Of a stretch of DNA of 38,188 nt, positions 1 to 9,508 are shown piece after piece. Positions within the stretch are counted from its first letter, which is position 1. The number at the start of each line of letters is the position of its first letter. The translations under genes and the position numbers were made by a program. The notes beneath the pieces were generated by a model that was given only the letters and a program-made list of their open reading frames with translations, had not been told where the DNA came from and made no database searches. The stretch lies in assembly GCA_008080735.1 (NCBI GenBank), contig SHMW01000037.1, forward strand, positions 1 through 38,188, written 5' to 3'. This DNA comes from Promethearchaeota archaeon (GTDB lineage Archaea > Asgardarchaeota > Lokiarchaeia > Sigyniarchaeales > SOKP01).

Positions 1-175
1 TTTTTATGTATTTAATGAAGAATGGCTTTAATTATTACAAAATGTTTTTGTATAAACAATCATCTAGGGAAAGCTATATCTATTTTCTAAAAGCTATTTA
101 AAGAATTAAAATTTAAACTTCTATATCCTAGTAAAATTAGGAAATCAAAATTTTATAATCCGAGAATTAAGCAAA

Positions 176-1615
176 ATGTCAGATGATAATGAAGAGATTG
201 AGGAGAAGAATAGTAAACCAGAGAATGAAGTTGAACGGGTTGATAAGGAATCGTTAACAAAAGCAAAAGATTCCCGAGATATAATTGATAAAAATCTAAG
301 AACTTTTGAAAGCAGCATTGAAGCTATTGAAAAAGATTTAGAAAAAAAGGAGATCAGCAAAACCGCTGTCGAAGAAATAAGTAAGGAAATTGAAGAAGCT
401 AGGGAACAATTTGATAAAATTCAAAAGAAAACCCAAGATAAACAGCAATATTTAGAAGCACTACAGGAAACTATTTCAGATCTTGAAGAAAAGTATAACA
501 GGAAAAATGAAGAATTACAAAATCTAGAAGATAGGTTAGATATCATAAAGGAAAGCAAGGAAAATCTGGAGGAAGAATATCAAGAACTTATTAAAAATAA
601 TGAACAACTGGTTAAAAATTACGAACAACGCCAAGTAGATTTAATGGTTTTATCTGATAATGTTAAGGAAAAAATCGCGACACGAGATGACTTAAGACAA
701 GAGCTTTCAAAAATTAAGGAGGAAATGCAAGAGAAGGAAAAAGAAATTGAAAAGAAAAAGGAAGAAGCGGAAGCTTTGGAAAAAAAACTGAAAAGCTTAA
801 AAGCAGAAAATGAGGCTGTTAAAGTTTCGATAGATAAGAATAAAGTTGAATTGGAGCATTCAAATAATTTAATTGAAGCGAAAGAAGATGAATTAGAAAC
901 GTTAAATGACCAATTGGATAAAAAAGAAAATCGGCTGGGGGAAATAGAAAAAGAGATACAAGAATATCACGAAGGTTTTCCAGAAATAAGAGAACAGAAA
1001 AAGACTTATGAAGAGTTGTTGGAAAAATATAAATTTCAGATGACAGAAAAACAGCAACAAGTAGTTGAGCTGGAATCTCGAATTCAAGATGCAAAAGATA
1101 AATTAGAGAATCTCAAATCGGAAATATCCAATAAAGAAGATTTAGTAGAAAAAAATGATAAACGATTAGAAGATATAAAACAAAATATTGAGAATTCAAA
1201 ACGAGAATATGACGAACGTGAAGAGAGATTGGAAGCAGTAACAGATAAACTAGACGCAATCTCAGAAGAGCATAATAAATTAGTCAAAGCGAATGAAACT
1301 ATTGAAAAGAGTATTAGCGAATCGAGAGAAGTTTTTCAAGACTTAAAAGGAGAGCTGGAAACTCAAGAAAGAGAAATTAGAGATAAAGAGAGCCGTATAC
1401 ATCGATTAGAAGTTCTTTCTTTAATATATAGATTATCGAAATTCTTTGGTGGTATTTTGATTTGTTTTGGGATTTTCTTCATAATATGGTCCTTGGGAAC
1501 TTTATTTGGATTAATAGATTTAGGAGGTATTAATAAAGATATTATAATTTGGCTTTTATTTACGGGGTCAATTCTTACGATTATCTCTGGTATTTTTCAC
1601 CTTGAAAAGTCCTAG
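176..1615 (+). CDS. Long coiled-coil protein with C-terminal two-helix membrane anchor
   Basis: ~420 aa of E/K/Q/L-rich heptad sequence with no Walker motifs, then two hydrophobic segments (FFGGILICFGIFFIIWSLGTLFGLI; IIIWLLFTGSILTIISGIFHL). Confidence 0.85.
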   Translation: MSDDNEEIEEKNSKPENEVERVDKESLTKAKDSRDIIDKNLRTFESSIEAIEKDLEKKEISKTAVEEISKEIEEAREQFDKIQKKTQDKQQYLEALQETISDLEEKYNRKNEELQNLEDRLDIIKESKENLEEEYQELIKNNEQLVKNYEQRQVDLMVLSDNVKEKIATRDDLRQELSKIKEEMQEKEKEIEKKKEEAEALEKKLKSLKAENEAVKVSIDKNKVELEHSNNLIEAKEDELETLNDQLDKKENRLGEIEKEIQEYHEGFPEIREQKKTYEELLEKYKFQMTEKQQQVVELESRIQDAKDKLENLKSEISNKEDLVEKNDKRLEDIKQNIENSKREYDEREERLEAVTDKLDAISEEHNKLVKANETIEKSISESREVFQDLKGELETQEREIRDKESRIHRLEVLSLIYRLSKFFGGILICFGIFFIIWSLGTLFGLIDLGGINKDIIIWLLFTGSILTIISGIFHLEKS

Positions 1616-1662
1616 TATTATATCATTTAACGCAAAAAATAAATAAAAAATTTTGAAGAACC

Positions 1663-3543
1663 TTGAGTAATCAAAATAAAGAAAAAGAAGTGGAAGTTCC
1701 ACCCGAAAAACCTTTGGGGTTACTAAATGGGTCCCTTTATGGTATTGGCTGCGGTATTGGGGGCAGTATCTTTATATTATTAGGTGGAGCAATTGAAATC
1801 GCGGGTCCTGGAGTTTTGATTAGTTTAGGATTAGGAGGATTTTTAATTTTTATAACGGCATTAAATTATTCAGAATTATCAACTAGCCTACCATATTCTG
1901 GTGGGGCCTATAATTTTAGTAAAGAAGCACTCGGAGGGTTTTTAGCCTATATAATTGGCTTCTTTTTATGGATGGCTAACATCGGAACATGTGTATTTTC
2001 CTCTCTAGCATTTTCTCTGGTCATGTTTCAAATATTTCCCGTCTTAGCTCCTGCACAATTGATTATAGCAATAGTATCAACATTATTTATCTCGGCTGTG
2101 GTGTTTCGAACTCAAGATATCGCAATTAAATCGCTTATAGTTTTAACGGTTGTGATATTAATTATTTTTGCTTTTTTTTCAATTTCAGGTTTTTTTATCG
2201 CCCCGATAACGAATGAAACTAATTTTAATCCCGCGTTCCTTCTAAAAGGATTTAATATTTTTGGTATGGTTCAAATGTTTTCTTTACTATTTATCAGTTA
2301 TACTTCTATTACTTCAAATTTAGCTCATTTAAATCCTATTCTTAAAAATCGTTCCAAAAATATTCCTCGCGTAAACATGTTAGCGATTGCCGCTACAGCG
2401 TTAACATACCTAATTGTTTCGACCGTAGTATTGATTAACCTTGGTGAACAAACTGGAGATTTAGTTGAGTCCCCTATTCTGCTTGCACAAGTACTGGGAG
2501 ACATACTAGGGCCATTTGGATACTATCTCATGGGAGCGGCAGGGATAATTTCTACTCTAATTGCGATGAATGCTGCCCTTGGATCTGCTACAAATGTATT
2601 ACATGCATTAGCACGAGATAAGTATGTAGCAGAAAAAATAGAAAAAGTAAATAAGAAGAGGAATGTTCCCGTATATTCTCTGATGATCACGTCCGCAGTA
2701 AGCGTACTAATAACTTTAGTGGTGGATATTAATGTAGCAGCAGAAATGACCAGTTTTATTTATTTCTTTGGATTGGCGTTTGTCAATTTTGCTGCGGTCA
2801 TATTAAGATACAAAAGAAAGGAATTGGATCGCCCCTTTAAAGCTCCTTTATTTCCTTATCTACCCATCATTGTGGGAGCTAGCTGCCTGATTTTCTCATT
2901 TGTGTTATCATTCTTAGCAATTATCATTGGGTTGATGATTTTTTTTATTGGATTGACATATTATCTAATAACATTAGCAGATAGACATTCGATTCTCATC
3001 ACCGTTGCCGGAATAAAGTTCTTTAGCTTAATTTTTCTGACTATTTCCATTTTAGCTCTTAATAATTACGCAATATTAGATTCTTCAGTGTCTTGGGGAG
3101 TATCCTTTTTTCAACTATTCCTAATTAGGGTTTTAATTTTTTTTGGGATATTCGCTATATGTACGCTTATATTTGATATAATACCCTTAAGGGAGTTTAT
3201 ATATTACTTTGTCAAGAAAATAGATAAAGAGAAAGTAGCGATAACTATTGGGGGTGGGCAAATTATTGAATTAGAACGAAAACGTGTCAAAATCATTTAT
3301 TATTTCAATCTATTTATCAGTTTAGTCCAACTTATCGGAGCATTCTTTTCTCTTTTCCTTGCTTTTTTGGTTTATACAGATTTTACCAATATTGAGTCGC
3401 TAATATTTTTCGATACATTCATCAATAAGACGGGGAGTGAATTTATTTTCATAACAATCTTTATGGTTTTTGGCTTCAGTATGCTTTTCTCCAGCATAGC
3501 GCAAATATATTACAATAAAGAACTGAAATCACTAGGGGTCTAA
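1663..3543 (+). CDS. APC-superfamily amino acid permease with extra C-terminal TM helices
   Basis: GCGIGGSIF TM1 motif, YSELSTSLPYSGGAY, ALARD, RPFKAPLFPYLP motifs typical of APC/cationic amino acid permeases; TTG start. Confidence 0.9.
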   Translation: MSNQNKEKEVEVPPEKPLGLLNGSLYGIGCGIGGSIFILLGGAIEIAGPGVLISLGLGGFLIFITALNYSELSTSLPYSGGAYNFSKEALGGFLAYIIGFFLWMANIGTCVFSSLAFSLVMFQIFPVLAPAQLIIAIVSTLFISAVVFRTQDIAIKSLIVLTVVILIIFAFFSISGFFIAPITNETNFNPAFLLKGFNIFGMVQMFSLLFISYTSITSNLAHLNPILKNRSKNIPRVNMLAIAATALTYLIVSTVVLINLGEQTGDLVESPILLAQVLGDILGPFGYYLMGAAGIISTLIAMNAALGSATNVLHALARDKYVAEKIEKVNKKRNVPVYSLMITSAVSVLITLVVDINVAAEMTSFIYFFGLAFVNFAAVILRYKRKELDRPFKAPLFPYLPIIVGASCLIFSFVLSFLAIIIGLMIFFIGLTYYLITLADRHSILITVAGIKFFSLIFLTISILALNNYAILDSSVSWGVSFFQLFLIRVLIFFGIFAICTLIFDIIPLREFIYYFVKKIDKEKVAITIGGGQIIELERKRVKIIYYFNLFISLVQLIGAFFSLFLAFLVYTDFTNIESLIFFDTFINKTGSEFIFITIFMVFGFSMLFSSIAQIYYNKELKSLGV

Positions 3544-3559
3544 GGTAAGGTGAGAAAAA

Positions 3560-4180
3560 TTGGTAGACCTAAAGCGTAGTGTAATAAAAACTGTCATATA
3601 TAGAATGATCACTCTTGTCTTGGGAACTATCACGGCATATGTTGGAACAGGAGATCTTGCGGCCGCAGGAGGGGTTGCTCTTTTAACTGAAGCGGTTCAA
3701 TCGGTAAACTATTTTATATACGAAATGATATGGAGCCATTTTGAAGAGAGACGCTTACGCCGAGAAATTGAAAAGGAAATTATGAGTCGAGAAATTGAAA
3801 TGAGAATCGATTATAATTTTCTTAGAGATCTCTCTTATGAAATGTCTCAAATGGATACATTTGTTGCAGAGGTCTATAATTCTATTTTAGATTTCTATAA
3901 TCGAATGCTTAAAAACGAAGAACTTAAGGATATCCATGATGAAATACTAAAACACAAAGAGCATTTTAAAAAGGTGCATGAAGGAAGAAATTTTCCAAAA
4001 CGAGAAGACCTTGAAGATTTCACAGGTTTAGCTGGTGAAGAAGAAGAGGAAGAAGAAAAAGACGAAGAAACGGAAGAGGAAAAAGAGGGCGAAGAACAAA
4101 AAGATGAGAAGGAAGAAGTAGAAAATGTTGAAATGGAGCAAACAGAAAACGCAAAAGATGAAGAAGAAGCTTCAACTTAG
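3560..4180 (+). CDS. DUF2061-like membrane protein with acidic low-complexity tail
   Basis: RSVIKTVIYR...YFIYEMIW pattern of DUF2061; C-terminal ~50 aa Glu-rich; AGGTGA SD upstream of TTG. Confidence 0.7.
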   Translation: MVDLKRSVIKTVIYRMITLVLGTITAYVGTGDLAAAGGVALLTEAVQSVNYFIYEMIWSHFEERRLRREIEKEIMSREIEMRIDYNFLRDLSYEMSQMDTFVAEVYNSILDFYNRMLKNEELKDIHDEILKHKEHFKKVHEGRNFPKREDLEDFTGLAGEEEEEEEKDEETEEEKEGEEQKDEKEEVENVEMEQTENAKDEEEAST

Positions 4181-4201
4181 TTTATTTTTATATCTATGAA
4201 A

Positions 4202-5047
4202 CTAAAAATGATTAAGCGATTCAATTTCTAAGTCATCTAGTAATATCTCTGCTGCTTTGGCATTTTCTTTTAAGTGAGAGACGTTTGATGTTCTCGGAAT
4301 CGCTATAACATCTTGATGATTTATTAACCATGCCAAGGCGATTTGCAGCTTAGAGCACTCATATTTTTTGCTTAAATGGTCTAACTTTTTTTGCAATATG
4401 TTGGGTAAACCTTTTAAACTGGCTTTTGCTAATGGGGTGTATGCGGTGAGCATTATTTTGTTATTTTGGTAAAAAGAGAGATTTCTCAGCTCTTTTTGGT
4501 TTTTTATATTAATTTCCACCTGATTCGTCACTAAATCATATTTTTTCAAATATTTTATCGCTTCCTTTACCTCAGATATAGAAAAATTACTTACCCCTAC
4601 ATACCGCGTTTTTCCCTCATCAACAAAGGTTTCAAACATCTTCATTATATTTTTAATTGAGCTATCGCTTTCTAACCAGTGAATCAAATAAAGGTCTACA
4701 TATTCTAAACTTAGGCGATCAAGACTTTGATTAATCGCTTTTCTCATCTGACGCTCTGTTTTATGTGAAGGAAGCATTTTTGTAGTTATAAAAATCTCCT
4801 CTCTGTCATACTCCTTGATTATTTGACCAATAATTTTCTCGGAATGACCGCTTCCATATAATTCTGCGGTATCTATATGATTCATCCCTAACTCAATCCC
4901 GTTTCTTAATACCTTCTTCCATTGTTCATATACTTCATTCGATTCTCCCGGAAAAATTCCATAAGTTCCCATCCCCAACACGGGAATATTTTCTTTCGTA
5001 TTATTGAACTGAATGGTTCTCATACCAATAGTCTGACCATCAAACAA
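4202..5047 (-). CDS. Aldo/keto reductase
   Basis: LGMGTY, IDTAELYG, TTK, DLYLIHW, GVSNF, AYTPL motifs; D/Y/K/H catalytic tetrad present; true start may be ATG at 5023. Confidence 0.93.
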   Translation of the reverse strand: MFDGQTIGMRTIQFNNTKENIPVLGMGTYGIFPGESNEVYEQWKKVLRNGIELGMNHIDTAELYGSGHSEKIIGQIIKEYDREEIFITTKMLPSHKTERQMRKAINQSLDRLSLEYVDLYLIHWLESDSSIKNIMKMFETFVDEGKTRYVGVSNFSISEVKEAIKYLKKYDLVTNQVEINIKNQKELRNLSFYQNNKIMLTAYTPLAKASLKGLPNILQKKLDHLSKKYECSKLQIALAWLINHQDVIAIPRTSNVSHLKENAKAAEILLDDLEIESLNHF

Positions 5048-5143
5048 TAAAATTATTTCGATTAAATATTTATCAAATTTATTGGAAAATCATTATTAGA
5101 TAAAATAAAAATCTCCGAAAAGCTACTGAAGTATAAATTCAAC

Positions 5144-5899
5144 ATGATGAGTGGATTCCCGGGATTTCCAAAAATAAATTTGCATATTCATACAATTTAT
5201 TCAGATGGACGTAATGATATAGAAACTATGGTCCATAAAGCAAAAGAATTGAATTTTGATTATATTGCGATTACTGATCACTTTTCAAATGCCTGGAAAG
5301 CTGATATCATTAAAACATTGGATTCTTACAAAAAGATTAATCTGTATTTGGAAAGAATAAAAGCTCAAAATAATGCACTTATTAAAAAGAAACAGAATTT
5401 ACGAGTGTTAAAGGGAATAGAAGTAGATCTAGGGAGTTCAAAGAAATATGTTTTGAAATTGGTTGATCCAACTAAGTTCGATCTTATTCTATTTGAATAT
5501 CTTGAAAGTCCAGAATCAATAGAATTTATTGAAAATCTAATTGAGCAATGGATAAATCAAGGGAATAATAAAAAACCGCTTCCGATATTTGGGTTAGCTC
5601 ATTTTGATCCTTCTAAATTCATTTATGGAGAAATTGACGTATTGCGTGATTTTCTTCAAAAATATGATATATATTTTGAATTTAATTCCGCTTATTCCCA
5701 ATTTTATGCATCTAAATATAAAGAGCTCTTTTTTGATATTATAAAAGACCATAGAATCGCTGTTGGAATCGGTGCGGATTCGCATAATGTCTCAGAATTA
5801 CAATTTGTTAACGATCCATTCCAGATGATTGTATATTACGGATTAGAGCAAAATCTTAAATTACTTACTAATAAACTACGCGAGATCTCCTTCTATTAG
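5144..5899 (+). CDS. PHP-domain phosphoesterase
   Basis: NLHIHTIYSDG, AITDH, GIEVD, LAH, GADSH metal-binding motifs. Confidence 0.9.
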   Translation: MMSGFPGFPKINLHIHTIYSDGRNDIETMVHKAKELNFDYIAITDHFSNAWKADIIKTLDSYKKINLYLERIKAQNNALIKKKQNLRVLKGIEVDLGSSKKYVLKLVDPTKFDLILFEYLESPESIEFIENLIEQWINQGNNKKPLPIFGLAHFDPSKFIYGEIDVLRDFLQKYDIYFEFNSAYSQFYASKYKELFFDIIKDHRIAVGIGADSHNVSELQFVNDPFQMIVYYGLEQNLKLLTNKLREISFY

Positions 5900-5986
5900 C
5901 CAATTAAAAATTGGACTATGATAAAGATTTATATGGCATTTTCCTTATTCTACATAGAAAAATAATACATAAAAAAATAGTCTAAA

Positions 5987-6778
5987 ATGTATTGTCCTAA
6001 CTGTGGAGAGGAAATTTCTGATAGAAATCAAAAATTTTGTGAAAATTGCGGATCAAAATTGGAGTTTGCTCAACAAAAACATAATCAACCTTCCCAGCAA
6101 TCCCCCCAACCACAATCGTCTAAAGGACCTGTAACTGATGGATTGGGGTTATTTGATTTAAAAAGAAAATATTATGTGTTGAAGGAAAAATATTGGGATT
6201 GGGGAAGCGGAGATATTCTTGATGAAAATGGTCATATTATTGGAAAAATGAATCGAATAATTTTTAGCATCCGCCGTAGAATCGAATTAATGGAAAATGA
6301 TGGTTCTATTGCAGCAACAATTCATGAGAAAATAATATCAGCTCGCGGAGCTCAAGATCTAAAAGATTCTCAAGGAAATTTAATCGCACGAATAAAGAAA
6401 AAGATAACAAGCTTTTTCCGACCAAAATTCTGGCTAGAAAGTCCTGATGGGCGAAGATGGTATGAAGCGCAAGGGGAATTCATGGGTTGGAGCTACAAGA
6501 TCAAGGACTTAAGTACTGGTAATATTGTTGCCGAGATAGAAAAAGCAGATCGATGGAGGGATGTATTTCTGGGAGGATTATTTGATTTTCAAGATACTTA
6601 TGCATTGAAAATACTTGATAATGAGACAGACCGAAGGATTTTAGTAGGATTTGTACTTTCGATTGATAATGTACTCCATGATAATCGACATGGAGGATTC
6701 ATGCATACACATTGGGGTCCAGGCCCCTTCGGACGAAGACGACCAGGTCGATTTCCGGGCCCAGGACGATGGCCTTGA
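5987..6778 (+). CDS. Zinc-ribbon + LURP1/scramblase (Tubby C-like) domain protein
   Basis: N-terminal CPNCG..FCENCG, Q/P linker, beta-rich body (YVLKEK..., GEFMGWSYKI, DTYALKI) ending in a hydrophobic helix (RILVGFVLSID); G/P/R-rich tail. Confidence 0.75.
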   Translation: MYCPNCGEEISDRNQKFCENCGSKLEFAQQKHNQPSQQSPQPQSSKGPVTDGLGLFDLKRKYYVLKEKYWDWGSGDILDENGHIIGKMNRIIFSIRRRIELMENDGSIAATIHEKIISARGAQDLKDSQGNLIARIKKKITSFFRPKFWLESPDGRRWYEAQGEFMGWSYKIKDLSTGNIVAEIEKADRWRDVFLGGLFDFQDTYALKILDNETDRRILVGFVLSIDNVLHDNRHGGFMHTHWGPGPFGRRRPGRFPGPGRWP

Positions 6779-6936
6779 ATCCCTGAAAGAAATATTATAA
6801 TTTTTTTGAATATCCCATTTTTTCTTGAAGTTATGTTTAAATAGTTTTCTTAATCGAAAATATAATACATTTTTAACAAATCCTTTTTATATCATATAAT
6901 AATTAAATCTTTTAGAACAAATTTCTTGTAAATGAT

Positions 6937-7698
6937 ATGGATTTAGAAGAAAAAATAGAGCTTGCCGCAGAGTGGATTATAGAATCTGACAGATTTGTGG
7001 CGTTCACGGGCGCGGGTATCTCAACACATAGCGGACTTCCAGATTACAGAGGTCCCGATGGTGTATGGACTCGACGAGATAAAGGACTTCCTCCCCCGAA
7101 AATGAAAGTCTCATGGGATGAGGTCCAACCAAATGAAGGACATTATGCCTTAGTAGAGTTAATGGAGATGGAAATATTAGATTATGTGATTAGTCAGAAT
7201 GTTGACGGACTTCACGCAAAATCGGGAATTCCTTTTGATAAATTAGCTGAACTCCATGGTAACCAATTTTTTATGAAATGTATCCAGTGTAATAAGAAAA
7301 TGACCTTTGAAGAAGCAGGATGGGATAAATCTAAACATGGCCTAGGATATCGCACCAGTCCGATTACAAAAGACCAACCCGAATGCCCTTATTGTGGGGG
7401 AAGATTGATATCTAGTATAGTTAATTTTGGTGATCCATTACCCCAAGATGAACTATATGAAGCTATCGAGCAATCTAAAAAAGCAGATGTGTTTTTTGTT
7501 ATAGGATCTTCCCTTGTGGTGACACCTGCGGCAGATTTACCGGGAGCTGCGCAAAATAATGGAGCAAAATTAATAATTTTGAACCAAGGCGAGACTCCTT
7601 ATGATAATCGGGCAGATCTTAGGTTTTTTAATGATATAAAAAATGTTTTAAACCCGATAGTCGAAAAGATAAAAGAAAAGATTGATCAAAATCAATAG
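6937..7698 (+). CDS. Sir2-family NAD-dependent protein deacylase (SIRT6/class IV-like)
   Basis: [25 protein letters not shown], ELHGN, CxxC..CxxC, GSSLVV, LN motifs. Confidence 0.95.
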   Translation: [253 protein letters not shown]

Positions 7699-7704
7699 AA
7701 TAAA

Positions 7705-9363
7705 TTATTTAACCTTCCCATGAAGATCCTTATTTCTATCATATTCTTTTAGGATTTTTTGTCCTTCGCGCGTGGATAAAGAAAGATTTATATCTGAATT
7801 TCTACTCAAAGCTCCTGTAAAGATCAATTGGGAATTTGAATAAATTTCGATATTTGTGGAAGAATACCTCTCAGGAGCGTTGATAATAATCTTATTTCCC
7901 CTAATATCAATATCTAATGGTATTCGTTCTCCTTTAGACTCTCTCCTTCTTCCCATTGAATGATGTTCAAATTTGCGAAATCCCCTGTTTGATGAGATGG
8001 GATTAATTGGATTTAAAACTATGTCTTGCCCAAAGGAATAAATTTCAAAAGCGAGTTTTCTGGTATGGAAATCTCTCACCTCAATGACGGGTCGTGATAG
8101 ATCCTTATCTCTAAATCCAGTAGGAACCTTGACGGTCATCTTAACTACTAAGACCGTGGATACATCACCGCCTTCAATGAAAATAATAGTATCTATGATC
8201 GATGGTAACACTCCTAATTCCACTCTTCCAATAAATCTCTGAATGGCATCTATTGCTGAGGAACTATGCACTACTCCCACCATCCCCACACCAGATAAGC
8301 GAAAATCAGAATAAATCTTAAAATCTTCTAATACTCTTACTTCGTCGAAAATAGTAAAATCAGGTCGAACAAGGAGTAATACATCAGCGGAATTTTCTAA
8401 ACTCCCTTCTAATTTTGTATATTGAGTGATCTCTGGTCTCACTTGGAGATCTCGTACACTTTCTAAAGTTTTCACTACTTTCTCACGATCTAAGTAATAA
8501 TTAGCTAGAGCCGCACAAAATGTAGACTTTCCCGCTCCAGGAGAGCCACACACTAAGATTCCTTCCGCTCTGTCCAATCTCTGGCGCAATTGTTCATTAA
8601 TTGTATAATCTGAGAGCTCTAAGTTAACAAGAGGTCGAACAGCTGTAATTTCCACATCATTCGAAAATGGAGGACGAGTTATCACAATTCGGAATTCTCG
8701 CATTTGTGCTACCATTGCTCCAGTTTTTTCTATCTCGATAAATGAATGCTCATCTTCCCTTACGAATTCTACAATCTCATACGCAACATCCTCTATTTCT
8801 TGTTTTAATATTGGATCGTTTGAAACTTTCTCCAATCGCCAGTTTCCCGGTGAACCTTTCTTCGCATAGGGTGTGTTATTGCGCTTTAAGTGTACACTCA
8901 TAGTGGTGTCATCGAAAAATCGTAATAATTGTAATTCTCTCACTTCACGCTGTTTACGTGGGGATCGATCTCGCACATAAAAAACTTCTAATCCTTCAAA
9001 TATGCCAATATCACCTTGTATTCGATCAGTGGTGACTAAAACGGCGTTGTTTTTCATTGCTTCCTCCCTAATAAGCGCATCAAGCTCCCCTCCTGGTGAT
9101 AATTTAATTTGTTCTCTAGTTGGACGCTCTCCACTTATAATTAGGTTTATTTCTCCTTTTTTATGAAATTCTCTCAAATCTTTGAGAATATTTATCCCAT
9201 AAAATCCTATTTCCTTTTGAATGTTTGATCGATATTCAATTTCTGCTACTACTACATTTGGGATTATTATATTTGGCTTGACACCTAAATCTCCATCCTC
9301 AATAAGTCTCATAATTTGCCCATTGAAAATTACGGAGGTATCGCATACAAATTTATCATTCAT
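7705..9363 (-). CDS. PIN-domain ATPase (PINA / PINc-VapC family ATPase)
   Basis: N-terminal PIN (CDTSV...LDALIR...TTD), Walker A GSPGAGKST, FDEVR, GVVHSS, VKVPTG..DLSRPV conserved in archaeal PINA. Confidence 0.9.
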   Translation of the reverse strand: MNDKFVCDTSVIFNGQIMRLIEDGDLGVKPNIIIPNVVVAEIEYRSNIQKEIGFYGINILKDLREFHKKGEINLIISGERPTREQIKLSPGGELDALIREEAMKNNAVLVTTDRIQGDIGIFEGLEVFYVRDRSPRKQREVRELQLLRFFDDTTMSVHLKRNNTPYAKKGSPGNWRLEKVSNDPILKQEIEDVAYEIVEFVREDEHSFIEIEKTGAMVAQMREFRIVITRPPFSNDVEITAVRPLVNLELSDYTINEQLRQRLDRAEGILVCGSPGAGKSTFCAALANYYLDREKVVKTLESVRDLQVRPEITQYTKLEGSLENSADVLLLVRPDFTIFDEVRVLEDFKIYSDFRLSGVGMVGVVHSSSAIDAIQRFIGRVELGVLPSIIDTIIFIEGGDVSTVLVVKMTVKVPTGFRDKDLSRPVIEVRDFHTRKLAFEIYSFGQDIVLNPINPISSNRGFRKFEHHSMGRRRESKGERIPLDIDIRGNKIIINAPERYSSTNIEIYSNSQLIFTGALSRNSDINLSLSTREGQKILKEYDRNKDLHGKVK

Positions 9364-9508
9364 AATCGTTTAACTATTCTTTTTCAATCTTTAATCGGCA
9401 TTTCTTCCTACTTAAATAGATATAGGGATTTTTTCCTAATCAAATTTATCTATTTAAATTATTAAATCCTAAAAGTAGATTAATCCAAACCTATATGATT
9501 TGTTGTAT

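Noticed and set aside
176-1615. SMC/Rad50 annotation for the coiled-coil protein
   Set aside because: No Walker A/B, signature motif or hinge; it has a TM anchor instead
4030-4175. GAA-rich repeats
   Set aside because: Simply encode the Glu-rich tail; not a tandem repeat array or CRISPR
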